In this document: one piece after another, positions 8,848-18,440 of the stretch
How the letters are laid out: every line of letters begins with the position of its first letter
Position numbering within the stretch: the first letter of the stretch is position 1
Assembly: GCA_964621195.1 (NCBI GenBank)
Contig: CAZULJ010000004.1
Location: forward strand, 16,620 to 80,619
Source: an uncultured Candidatus Saccharibacteria bacterium
Lineage (GTDB): Bacteria; Patescibacteriota; Dojkabacteria; SC72
Length of the DNA stretch: 64,000 nucleotides
Direction: 5' to 3'
Notes under the pieces: generated by a model
The model's input: only the letters and a program-made list of their open reading frames with translations
Told to the model about the DNA's origin: nothing
Databases searched by the model: none
Made by a program: the position numbers and the translations under genes

Positions 8848-10065
8848 TTATTTATTAAGTAACTTAATAGCTTCATCTAATTGTCTATCAAATCCAGCAA
8901 CAAAATCTTCTGTCGTATTCTCCACTTCAACATCAGGAACTACTGGGTTATCCCTGCTTATCCAAGTACCGTCTGGTAGTAACCATTTTAATATTGTGAT
9001 ATGCAAACTAGATCCTCCATTTAGGTCTAGCACACTCTGTGCAGTACCCTTACCATATGTTTTCACTCCTACTATTTGTGCCACATTGTTTTGTTTCAAT
9101 GCCCCAGAAAAGATCTCTGATGCAGAAGCACTACCCTCATCTACAAGAACAACAACAGAGGTATTCAAAAGTTTTGCACCCGCTCTCGCTACAAAATCTT
9201 CCCTATTTCCATCTCCATCTTCTTGCATTGAGATTAATGTCCCCTTTTCAAGGAATTCAGAAGCAGAGTAAACTGCAGCATCGAAGTATCCTCCAGGATT
9301 ACCTCTAAGATCAACAATAATTTTCTTTGTACCCTTCTTTGCGATTTCATCAACCACAGAATCCCATTTCTCAACCCAATCTTGATATGAGGAGTCTGTA
9401 AATCTTGCAATATCTATTAATGCAATATCCTTTTTTGCACCTATAAAAGATAACGTCATACTTGGGACTGTAATCTGTCCTCTTGTTATCTCAATGGTAA
9501 CTGGCTCTAAATCTCCCTTATGTAGAATCTTTAAAACAACCTTTGTACCTGACTCTCCCCTTATCTTTTGTACAATATCATATATGTTATCCTTGCTCTT
9601 AACCTCGTAATCATCCACAGCTAATATATAGTCGCCAGGCCTAATACCCGCATCTTTTGCTGGTGAACCATCTAATGGAGATACAATTATAATTGATCCA
9701 TCATCATATCCTAACTCTGCACCAATTCCTTCAAAATATTTACCCTCATTTGCTTGATTAAATTCCTCCGTTTCTTCAGGAGTTAAAAATAGTGTTGCAG
9801 GATCTCCATACGAATCAACCATACCCTTAATTGCACCAAACATCATATCCTGATCCTCAACCTTGTCCTTTTCTACATACCTACTCTTCATAACATTCCA
9901 CACTTCCCAGAAGAGATCTTGATTTGCAGAAGGTGTGTTATCAAATACCTCTAAAGTTGGTACATTAACACTTCTACCAAAGATAATACCAAAGGCAAAG
10001 GATACAACAAGAAGTACTAATATCCAAAGATTCTTTATACTATTTCCGTTATTTTCCACAAGCAA
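8848..10065 (-). CDS. C-terminal processing peptidase (S41, CtpA-like)
   Basis: N-terminal TM. PDZ (GIRPGDYILAVDD). S41 motifs IIVDLRGNPGGY and a catalytic Ser/Lys region. Confidence 0.85.
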   Translation of the reverse strand: MLVENNGNSIKNLWILVLLVVSFAFGIIFGRSVNVPTLEVFDNTPSANQDLFWEVWNVMKSRYVEKDKVEDQDMMFGAIKGMVDSYGDPATLFLTPEETEEFNQANEGKYFEGIGAELGYDDGSIIIVSPLDGSPAKDAGIRPGDYILAVDDYEVKSKDNIYDIVQKIRGESGTKVVLKILHKGDLEPVTIEITRGQITVPSMTLSFIGAKKDIALIDIARFTDSSYQDWVEKWDSVVDEIAKKGTKKIIVDLRGNPGGYFDAAVYSASEFLEKGTLISMQEDGDGNREDFVARAGAKLLNTSVVVLVDEGSASASEIFSGALKQNNVAQIVGVKTYGKGTAQSVLDLNGGSSLHITILKWLLPDGTWISRDNPVVPDVEVENTTEDFVAGFDRQLDEAIKLLNK

Positions 10066-10115
10066 GAGAAACTAAACTAAAGTATTCCTGAAATTATATT
10101 ACCCAGAGGGTTGTA

Positions 10116-11174
10116 TTACAAATCTACAAAGTCCAGATAACCGATATGAAGCAGGGACTTACCTTTCTTACCGAAATTGACAAATACATACTCTGAGTCT
10201 CCCTGTATATCCTCAATCCTACCAATATATCCATAAGTGGAGGGAGCTCTTGATATTACATACTCGTTTATATATTTATCTACAAACCAATCTCTGTTCA
10301 CATCCTCGCTATTTGAAATAACGAAGAGTTGATTTTCGGTTCCATCTAATACTACCAAATGATCTTTCAAAGATATGAGCTTCTCGACAAAGAGTTGATC
10401 GCAATGGACGGAACCAAAGCCCCCTAGTACCGCAACTGGCAATCCAATACTTCGAAACTCCTTGTAAGAAATTGCATATGTTAGAATTGCCACAGCACCT
10501 CTTTCAAACAGCTCATAGGCTACCTGATCGTAAAGATATGGACCAACCCATACGATTTTGCCTGAATAGTCATTCTCCAAGATCTGTTCGGTAACAATAC
10601 TGTACCCGTCGGAGAGGATCTCTAGCTTACCAAAAAATTTACTCTCTGTTTTTGTAGTAGCGACAACATCAACACAGATAGAGTCTGCAGTGATAATTAT
10701 TCCATCATTTGGATTTACGGTATTTACGTAACCCTTGAAGTCACTCTCGAATACAACCCTACTCTCCTCTCCAAGCACATCCAAGTATCCCTTCTCCAAT
10801 CTAGACAGGTCTAAAATACCAGAGACAGGAGCAATAGCGTCTGTAATTGTTAAACCTCCAGTAGATATCCTTTGTGCTAAGGTTTCACCCTCCTCTACAT
10901 ACTCACCATCTATTCTTGTTATATATTTATATGAATCTTCCGCCTTACAACCAATAGCTTTCGGTAAATATACCGATTTCTTTATGCCACTAACCATACT
11001 CTCGAAGATCTTGTCCCCCTCCTTTATATAGCTTCCCTGTTTTACAGAGACTCTCTCCTTACCCGTAAGAGGTATACTAAATTTGTAATCCTTGTATTTT
11101 TCAAACAATCTACTCCTTATTTCCATTGTTCCATGTCTGCAATTTATCTTTGTTGTCTCTAGGTCTTGGTCCAT
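10116..11174 (-). CDS. Hypothetical protein. The start is possibly at 11126.
   Basis: 352 aa with no motif I recognise. It overlaps the upstream gene, so the two are co-transcribed. Confidence 0.35.
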   Translation of the reverse strand: MDQDLETTKINCRHGTMEIRSRLFEKYKDYKFSIPLTGKERVSVKQGSYIKEGDKIFESMVSGIKKSVYLPKAIGCKAEDSYKYITRIDGEYVEEGETLAQRISTGGLTITDAIAPVSGILDLSRLEKGYLDVLGEESRVVFESDFKGYVNTVNPNDGIIITADSICVDVVATTKTESKFFGKLEILSDGYSIVTEQILENDYSGKIVWVGPYLYDQVAYELFERGAVAILTYAISYKEFRSIGLPVAVLGGFGSVHCDQLFVEKLISLKDHLVVLDGTENQLFVISNSEDVNRDWFVDKYINEYVISRAPSTYGYIGRIEDIQGDSEYVFVNFGKKGKSLLHIGYLDFVDL

Positions 11175-12486
11175 ATACTACTGGACGGATTCTACAATCT
11201 ACAACGAGGGAATCATACCTTAACCCTCCGTGTGTAGAGATAAATGAAATCTCTGTTGATGGGAAATGTGTAAATACTGCACCATTTTTCAATTCACCCT
11301 CGATAATTACCTTGTTTAATACTTTAGGGATAGAAAATATCTCAAAGTTAGGATTTAAAGCATAGATCTCCCTTTGCTCAAAATCTTGAGATACAATCTT
11401 TCCGGAAAACAGAATCTTGTTTCTACCTTTGGATTGATTAATCTCTGGTATTAGTAATTTGCTAGCACAGGGTAGAACATCTCCCTTAATAACCATTATT
11501 TCATCTGAATCGGATGCTAAAACAAGATTCCTACCATAACTAACTATTCTATGTTCGGGATCTACAAAAATATCAAATATACCTTCAAGCTCAAAACCAT
11601 CTATTATAGAGAGCAATAGCTCTCTCCTTTTAATAAGTTTTGGTAATTTACCAGTTATTACAATCGCAGAGTTTTTCCTTCCCATAGACTCAAACTTCTC
11701 TCTGTTGTTCTCCTTTATAGAAAGATTTTGTATTGTAAGGAAAGATCTCAATATATCTTCAATAATTGGGTCAGATATATAATCTGGTGTATTTACCACA
11801 AAGTTTGCCCATTTGTTTAATACTTCATCAGAACTAGATTCTATAGAAAGAAAGGCTTCAAGTTTTGAGTTCTTTACTGAATCTATTAAGGCAATCTCAC
11901 TACTCCAGTTCGTCTTACTGACTAAGAACTCACTACCCAATACCTTTTCCTTACTAAATATACCGGAAGAAGAAGTCTTCTCTTTCGCACGATATACTGT
12001 GAAGTGAGAGAGATCTAAATCTGTCCATATTAAATCCGTGTAGCCTAACCTAGTCCTTAACCCCTCTAGAAGATTTCTCATAAAAAGATCATCTACCACT
12101 CTTAGAGCAATATCCTTGGAGAAATCTTTTAAAGAAAGATATATCCTATTAAAGAATGGTTGATTATCATCTATTAAGACTTTTACACCATTTACACCTA
12201 CACCTTCATCATCGAAATCTTTTACCTTAAAAACTCCCTGCCAATTACGATCAACAAAGTTCCATTCGAAATTCTTCTCTAAGGAATCGAAGTACTCAGA
12301 CCAAAAAGCCTTGTTGAAGACAATATCATCCATTCTAAATTTTAAAGGTGAAAGATCTACAGTGTCCGAAAGCATATATGTCTTTTGTGCAGAGAAATCA
12401 GTATATGCTAGATTCGCAAAGATATGGTTATCTTTTATTAAAAGTGTTAAATATGCATTTTTTTTGAGAATGGGCAGAGTACTCAT
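11110..12486 (-). CDS. Hypothetical protein
   Basis: 458 aa with no recognised catalytic motif. Translationally coupled to the downstream 352-aa ORF. Confidence 0.35.
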   Translation of the reverse strand: MSTLPILKKNAYLTLLIKDNHIFANLAYTDFSAQKTYMLSDTVDLSPLKFRMDDIVFNKAFWSEYFDSLEKNFEWNFVDRNWQGVFKVKDFDDEGVGVNGVKVLIDDNQPFFNRIYLSLKDFSKDIALRVVDDLFMRNLLEGLRTRLGYTDLIWTDLDLSHFTVYRAKEKTSSSGIFSKEKVLGSEFLVSKTNWSSEIALIDSVKNSKLEAFLSIESSSDEVLNKWANFVVNTPDYISDPIIEDILRSFLTIQNLSIKENNREKFESMGRKNSAIVITGKLPKLIKRRELLLSIIDGFELEGIFDIFVDPEHRIVSYGRNLVLASDSDEIMVIKGDVLPCASKLLIPEINQSKGRNKILFSGKIVSQDFEQREIYALNPNFEIFSIPKVLNKVIIEGELKNGAVFTHFPSTEISFISTHGGLRYDSLVVDCRIRPVVYGPRPRDNKDKLQTWNNGNKE

Positions 12487-12529
12487 TACGTAATCAGTTT
12501 ACCAGTTAAATGTATTTTTGGGAATTGAA

Positions 12530-12558
12530 CAAAGAAAAAGGGAGCTTTCGCTCCCTTT
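12530..12558 (-). terminator. Rho-independent terminator closing the rpsF-ssb-rpsR operon
   Basis: On the minus strand: GGGAGC-GAAA-GCTCCC followed by TTTTTCTTTG, directly after the rpsR stop. Confidence 0.55.
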
Positions 12559-12579
12559 ACAAATTCATATCAAAAAGAG

Positions 12580-12924
12580 TTATGCCTCTCTTGCAACATA
12601 TGGTAACAATGCCATATATCGAGCCCTTTTAATTGCTCCCCTTAACTGTTTCTGATGCTTATGACAAGCTCCAGACTTTTCAGTAGCAATTATCTTTCCT
12701 CTTACAGATGTAAATTTCTTTAATTGATATACATCCTTGTATGAAACACTCTTAACGCCAGAATCACACAAAGGACATGAAAGATTTTGAATTATCTTTC
12801 TTCTTCTCCTTATCTTCTTCTTTCCACCATAGTTATCATCTGTTTCCTCCTCAGTTACACTCTTTTCATCAAAAACATCCTCTAGGGTGGGTGTACTTAT
12901 TTTTTTCTCTTCTATCTCACTCAT
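12580..12924 (-). CDS. rpsR: 30S ribosomal protein S18, with N-terminal extension
   Basis: CPLC...YKDV..LKKF..RGKI...HQKQL..AIKRARYMALLPY. Confidence 0.85.
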   Translation of the reverse strand: MSEIEEKKISTPTLEDVFDEKSVTEEETDDNYGGKKKIRRRRKIIQNLSCPLCDSGVKSVSYKDVYQLKKFTSVRGKIIATEKSGACHKHQKQLRGAIKRARYMALLPYVAREA

Positions 12925-12943
12925 TACTTACTTATCTCCAAAA

Positions 12944-13399
12944 TTAAAATGGTAAATCTGCATCTTCAAGAGGATCTTCATCTGAAGAACTCTCTTCAAC
13001 AGGCAATTCTTCTACTTGCTCTTCAGGACGTGGTGCTTCTGAAACTCCATTACCTTGCTTTCCCTTGTTGTCCAAAAGAATCATATCGTTAACTCTTACT
13101 TCTGTTTTGTATCTTGTAGATCCATCTTCAGCTTCCCATGACCTTGTTGTTAGTGAACCCTCGATATATACCTTCATTCCTTTAGCAAGTAATTGCTGAC
13201 AAATTTCTGCCATCTTGTTCCAAGCTACAATATTATGGAACTCTGCAACCTCTTTCATATTACCATCTTGGTCCTTCCAAGATTTGTTTGTTGCTAAACC
13301 AAAAGTTACAACAGGTGTACCACCAGTTGTATATCTAAGCTCAGGCTCTCTTGTTAAATTACCAATCAACTGAACTTTGTTTAAAGACCTCGCTGACAT
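12944..13399 (-). CDS. ssb: Single-stranded DNA-binding protein
   Basis: OB-fold N-terminus NKVQLIGNLTREPELRYT. Acidic tail ending DADLPF. Confidence 0.9.
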   Translation of the reverse strand: MSARSLNKVQLIGNLTREPELRYTTGGTPVVTFGLATNKSWKDQDGNMKEVAEFHNIVAWNKMAEICQQLLAKGMKVYIEGSLTTRSWEAEDGSTRYKTEVRVNDMILLDNKGKQGNGVSEAPRPEEQVEELPVEESSSDEDPLEDADLPF

Positions 13400-13461
13400 T
13401 TTTGTATATTTATAAATTTAACTTACCTAATATTACCAGCCAAAAATAAAAGATTTCTGAA

Positions 13462-13821
13462 TTAAATCTCAATCTCCTTCTTCTTAATCCTTTTACCAAT
13501 CTCCTCTGGATGATCTGCCTCTACAATCATAAATCTTAAGATCTCTTGCCTTAATTGCAAAAGTCTTTTCATCTCGTTGATTATTGAAGGTGAAGATTTA
13601 AAGTTGTAAACAATATAGTAACCCTCGTTATGACCATTTATCTTGTAGGAAAGATATCTCTTACCCCAAACATCTACATCCAAAACCTCTCCATTTTCTT
13701 TCTCCATCATATCCATAAAATCCTTATGAATACTCTTCCTTAAATCGTCAGGAAGTAATGGCTTCAAAGCAACCATCATCTCATAGTTTCTCATCTTTTT
13801 TACTCTATCTGTTGACATCAA
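13462..13821 (-). CDS. rpsF: 30S ribosomal protein S6
   Basis: YEMMVALKP...GKRYLSYKINGHNEGYYIVYNF. Sits in the classic rpsF-ssb-rpsR order. Confidence 0.85.
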   Translation of the reverse strand: MMSTDRVKKMRNYEMMVALKPLLPDDLRKSIHKDFMDMMEKENGEVLDVDVWGKRYLSYKINGHNEGYYIVYNFKSSPSIINEMKRLLQLRQEILRFMIVEADHPEEIGKRIKKKEIEI

Positions 13822-13890
13822 AAAACAATCTATTAAATTAATATCAATGCGAATGGATTTTATCAGAAAAAATCCTAGATTACAATTATA

Positions 13891-15015
13891 TTAGCCATTT
13901 GCAAGGATGACAATATAGTCTCCATCCTGGACAATATATTCCTTACCATGATTTTTAACTAAACCCTTCTCCTTAGCACTATTCCACCCTCCCGAATCGA
14001 TCATAGCATCAACATTTACAACATCTGCAGTGATAAAATTTTTGCCTAAATCTGTATGAATAACTGATGCCGCACTTTTTACATTTGCACCACTCTCTAT
14101 GGTCCAAGCATTACACTCTTTTTTTGAACCAGTATAGAAGGTTAAGAGATTTAATCTTTTGTATGCATACTGTATTACATCTTCAACTGTAACTGGCTTA
14201 GAGCCTAATAACTCAACATACTCTTCAAGTTCACTTTCATCCATATTAGCAAGATCCGAAAGCAATTTTACATCTACTCTTATTACAAATTCCCTCTTTT
14301 CATCCTTAGATATCTCAGCTAGTTTATTCTCCCAAATTGAAATGCTTTCCTCATCTAACCCCTCCTTACAGTTCAGAAGAAAGAGTCGCTGCTTCGAGGT
14401 TAAGAGATACAAATCTCTAACAAAGTTAGATTCCTCCTCAGAAAATATTAAATCTATAACCGGAATCCCCTTATTAAGATTTTCAATAATTTTCTTTAAC
14501 ACATCTATTTGCATCTGTGTATCCCTCGTAATTCCTGATCTTGAGTTTCTAATAACAGAGTCTAACTTCTTCTCCACAACATCCAAATCCTTTAGTATAA
14601 GTTCTGATTGAACAATTTCAAAGTCCTCTACTGGATCTACACGATTGTATACATGCACTATTTCATTACTTGTGAATGCTCTTAGAACATAAATAATTAC
14701 ATCAACCTCTCTTATATGTGCGAGGAATTGATTACCAAGTCCCTCCCCTTTTGAGGCCCCCTTAACTAACCCTGCAATGTCAACGAAGGTCATCACAGAG
14801 GGAACTCTCTTCTCAGCCTTAAAAAAATCTACCATCTTATCCAATCTTGTATCAGGAATCTCTACAACACCAACATTTTTATCTATAGTACAAAATGGAA
14901 AGTTCTCTGCAGGTACGGACTTTTTAGTTAATGCATTAAATAGGGAAGATTTCCCAGCATTAGGTAGCCCCACTATTCCAAGTGACAAAGTATGTGATCT
15001 TACAACTTCTCCCAT
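13891..15015 (-). CDS. ychF: Ribosome-binding ATPase YchF (Obg-family)
   Basis: G1 motif GIVGLPNAGKSSLFNALT and a TGS C-terminal domain. Confidence 0.9.
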   Translation of the reverse strand: MGEVVRSHTLSLGIVGLPNAGKSSLFNALTKKSVPAENFPFCTIDKNVGVVEIPDTRLDKMVDFFKAEKRVPSVMTFVDIAGLVKGASKGEGLGNQFLAHIREVDVIIYVLRAFTSNEIVHVYNRVDPVEDFEIVQSELILKDLDVVEKKLDSVIRNSRSGITRDTQMQIDVLKKIIENLNKGIPVIDLIFSEEESNFVRDLYLLTSKQRLFLLNCKEGLDEESISIWENKLAEISKDEKREFVIRVDVKLLSDLANMDESELEEYVELLGSKPVTVEDVIQYAYKRLNLLTFYTGSKKECNAWTIESGANVKSAASVIHTDLGKNFITADVVNVDAMIDSGGWNSAKEKGLVKNHGKEYIVQDGDYIVILANG

Positions 15016-15097
15016 AAAATAAAGAAAAATATTAAACCCCCAATTATATCACCAAAAAGCTCTTTAAAAGATACTCTTTCTAAAGTAAGATATTCCC

Positions 15098-16936
15098 ATG
15101 AACAGGATAATACTAAAGTTGCTTCTCACATTAACGATTCTCTTTACCTGCGTTTATACTTTAAATGCAAGTGATTACGATTTCTCAATACAAAACAACA
15201 CCACAATTCAATACACAACAGGTGATGAATATGTCAGTGTTAAGACTGAGTATATACGTGAAGTAAAAAATAGTGACTTCTACTATTCCACACAGGGAGA
15301 GAAAATCTTTCACATACCAGATCTACCAAAGAGTAAGCAGTATGAGCTTGAATTAGAAAGACAATTTAAGAAAGACTCCTTAAAGGTAGTTGATAACAAT
15401 GGGAAAGCCATTCCCTTTACAGTAGAAGATCTTGAATATGGAAGCGGTATATATGTAAAAGTTCCAAACTATAGACAAACAACGTATGGAAACCCATACA
15501 AGATCTATGTTGAGTATAGGACTCACGATTTAGTAAAAAGAGTTTACGATCACGTAATACTTTTAGCACCAGCATTACATGAGGATACGGAATTCGAACA
15601 GATAGATAGTAATACAGGGACAAAGACCTCTTTTAGCTATGATTTGCATATAGTTACAGACAGTGATATTGCTCCTCTTTCAAATATTTATCCTAAAAGT
15701 TTTCAGGAAGAGACCAAAGATAGTAAAACCACATATACATTCGCATCAAAGGATAGGGTTGGGAACTCTCCTTCCTTAGAATTTGGGACGGACCAGATTT
15801 ACAGATTCGAGCTTAAGTACAACACACCTAAGACAGATAGCTTAATACCAGAGAAATATTCATCAGTATTTAATGCTCTTTCTACAAATATATATGAGAT
15901 ATCACTACCTAGAGAGTTTGCAGAGACAAATCAGAAGGTGAAAATAGAGGAGATATTACCTACTCCTTCTAAGATTTCCCAGGACCTTGAGGGCAATATA
16001 ATTGCAAGGTTTGAGGTCCCCGCAAACAAAAGTAGTGCAATCTTAATTACTGGATATATCTTTGTCCAACAAAGTGAGTATGATCAAAGGCCTTTAATTC
16101 CAAACCTAAGCATAGAGGAGTATGCCGAAATGGTAGAGAAGGATTCTAACCTAAACAAATATCTTACCTCCTCCAAATTCTGGGAATCTGACGATCCATA
16201 TATACAAGATGAGGCAAAAAAACTTGTAGAGAGTAGTAGCTCCTTTTTAAACTTAGTTGAAAATGATTACAGATATATAAATGATAGACTTGAGTACGAT
16301 GAGAGTAAGGCAAACAGTGACAATGAGAGAATAGGAGCAAGGGCAGCACTACAAGGTGGTGGTTCTGTTTGCATGGAGTATGCAGACTCAATGATTGCAA
16401 TACTTAGAGCGCAAGGGATTCCTGCCCGCGCTGCACTTGGATACTCTAATTTAAATGTATTAAGTAAGACAAACGAGGAAGGTAGTACTAGGCATCAATG
16501 GGTACAAGTATGGATACCCGATTACGGGTGGTTAAGCATTGATCCTACATATGAGAGCGAGAACATGCTTATTGGCCAAAATATTGAGAAAGTTCTTTGG
16601 GAGACATTCTACAATGAAGATCTTACAAATATTAAAATTTACTCTGCAGATAGTACTACCAATGAAGATTTTTCAGACTATTCTGTAAAAATATATGCCG
16701 TTTCTGAATCTCCTAATCTCGATACATTACTCGATTACTCGGATGTAAGGTCTGTGGAAGATACAAAAAATACACCAGAAGATACACTTAATACTTTTGT
16801 TAAAACAACAACAATTGGTAAATCGGTAGTTATCTTACTCCCAATATTAACAATACTAGGAATATTAATAGCCCTACTGTCATTAACTACATACATCTTC
16901 AGACAGATTAAAGCTCGTAAAGCTCATCAAGGTTAA
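15098..16936 (+). CDS. Secreted transglutaminase-like cysteine protease domain protein, with signal peptide and C-terminal TM
   Basis: The transglutaminase core is GGGSVCMEYADSMIAILRAQGIPARAALGY...HQWVQVWIPDYGWLSIDPT (Cys-His-Asp). N-terminal signal and C-terminal hydrophobic anchor. Confidence 0.6.
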   Translation: MNRIILKLLLTLTILFTCVYTLNASDYDFSIQNNTTIQYTTGDEYVSVKTEYIREVKNSDFYYSTQGEKIFHIPDLPKSKQYELELERQFKKDSLKVVDNNGKAIPFTVEDLEYGSGIYVKVPNYRQTTYGNPYKIYVEYRTHDLVKRVYDHVILLAPALHEDTEFEQIDSNTGTKTSFSYDLHIVTDSDIAPLSNIYPKSFQEETKDSKTTYTFASKDRVGNSPSLEFGTDQIYRFELKYNTPKTDSLIPEKYSSVFNALSTNIYEISLPREFAETNQKVKIEEILPTPSKISQDLEGNIIARFEVPANKSSAILITGYIFVQQSEYDQRPLIPNLSIEEYAEMVEKDSNLNKYLTSSKFWESDDPYIQDEAKKLVESSSSFLNLVENDYRYINDRLEYDESKANSDNERIGARAALQGGGSVCMEYADSMIAILRAQGIPARAALGYSNLNVLSKTNEEGSTRHQWVQVWIPDYGWLSIDPTYESENMLIGQNIEKVLWETFYNEDLTNIKIYSADSTTNEDFSDYSVKIYAVSESPNLDTLLDYSDVRSVEDTKNTPEDTLNTFVKTTTIGKSVVILLPILTILGILIALLSLTTYIFRQIKARKAHQG

Positions 16937-18416
16937 CAGCCTTTTTACCCTCTTCCATTCTATCTTCAGTAGTAGCATACAAGGTCATAAGGATATCACC
17001 CTTCTTTATCTTCTCTCCAGGCATCTTGTATATATATATTCCTGCATTCTTTATCTTTGGAGTTCCAAGTGCTCTTGCAATCTCTACGATTTCCCTTGTC
17101 CACATATACTTTATTGTTCCCTCCCTATCTGATACAACATCATATGTTAACTCTCCAGCTTTTAAATCTTCAGCTTTTACAACCTGCTTGGCCCCTTGAG
17201 CCTTCGCTATATCCCAGAATTTCTTCAATGCTTTGCCAGTATCAAGTATCTCAAGAGCAATTTTTTTACCCTCACCCTTCTTTGCCTTACCATTGTGTTC
17301 AAATATTTCAGCAGCCATATCTAATACCGTCTCTTCCATACCAAGGGGGCGTTTCTCACTTCGCTCCAATATTCTAAGACAGTCCCTCATCTCAAGTACA
17401 GGTCCAACACCATTACCATCAGGACCTTTCACTACTCTCCTAAAGGTTACACACTTAATACCAAACTTATCAAAGAGTTTCTCAAATTCTCTCTCAAGAA
17501 ATTCTAGGTCATCTGGTCTCTCCAACTTTGTTCCCTTACCATATGGGAGATCTATAAGGACAGAGGTTACTCCCATTGCAATCTTTTTTGCAACGATACT
17601 CACCAAGACCTTTTGGAACTCCTGTATCTTTAAAGATCTTTCAACATTAATAATCTCATCATCTGCTGGAGCTAGATACAAAGATCCTCCCCATATCATA
17701 CAAGCACCCTCTTTCTCTACTACTTCGTACACTCTCTTTTTTGTTAGAGCTACTGGCATTACTGTCTCTAATATATCTGTCGTTCCAGCCGGAGAGGTTA
17801 TTGCTCTTGTGGAACTGTTGGGTATTACCAAACCGCTTGCTGCAAGTATAGGAACAAGTACAGGGGTAATACCTTTTCCAGCCGTACCACCGATAGAGTG
17901 CTTATCTACGACTAGATCCTTGTTCTTTTTTATATATTTGAAATCCAATATCTCTCCAGATTCGGCCATACCTTTGGTCATCCATTTGATTTCGTCGTCG
18001 CTAAAACCTGGATTAAAAAATGTTGAAACAAAAAATGCAACTTCTGTCTCCTTTAACTTTCTTGATCCAATATCTTCCATAATTGCAAGCAATTCCTCCT
18101 GGTTGAGCCTCTGTCCAGAGATCTTCTTCTTTATTGCCTCTAAGGACTTCCCAGGCTCTTGTATATCTACAAGGACCTTTGCACCGTTTGGTATATGATA
18201 TTCTTCAGGAATCTCCTCATACAGACCCACTTCCCCTATAGATACCTCGCTATCAGAAATTATAACTTTTACGTAAAGCTCAATGTCCTTGTAACCCAGT
18301 AAAACTATATCTCCTTCATGTATACCTAGGTCATCAGCATCACTTTGGTGAACAACAATGAAGAGATCTTTACCGGCTCCGAGATCAACTTTCTTACTCT
18401 TAAGATATAGCGCCAT
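16908..18416 (-). CDS. AMP phosphorylase (archaeal-type, thymidine phosphorylase family, DeoA-like)
   Basis: About 500 aa with the extra N-terminal domain. DKHSIGGTAGKGITPVLVPILAASGLVIPNSSTRAITSPAGTTD closely matches the AMPpase/TP active-site block. Confidence 0.75.
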   Translation of the reverse strand: MALYLKSKKVDLGAGKDLFIVVHQSDADDLGIHEGDIVLLGYKDIELYVKVIISDSEVSIGEVGLYEEIPEEYHIPNGAKVLVDIQEPGKSLEAIKKKISGQRLNQEELLAIMEDIGSRKLKETEVAFFVSTFFNPGFSDDEIKWMTKGMAESGEILDFKYIKKNKDLVVDKHSIGGTAGKGITPVLVPILAASGLVIPNSSTRAITSPAGTTDILETVMPVALTKKRVYEVVEKEGACMIWGGSLYLAPADDEIINVERSLKIQEFQKVLVSIVAKKIAMGVTSVLIDLPYGKGTKLERPDDLEFLEREFEKLFDKFGIKCVTFRRVVKGPDGNGVGPVLEMRDCLRILERSEKRPLGMEETVLDMAAEIFEHNGKAKKGEGKKIALEILDTGKALKKFWDIAKAQGAKQVVKAEDLKAGELTYDVVSDREGTIKYMWTREIVEIARALGTPKIKNAGIYIYKMPGEKIKKGDILMTLYATTEDRMEEGKKAVNLDELYEL

Positions 18417-18440
18417 TATAGTTAGTTATTTTAGTTTATT

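Noticed and set aside
17233-18198. 321-aa + strand ORF
   Set aside because: It lies entirely antisense within the AMP phosphorylase gene. It is Ser/Leu/Pro-rich and low-complexity, as expected from reverse-frame reading of an AT-rich gene.
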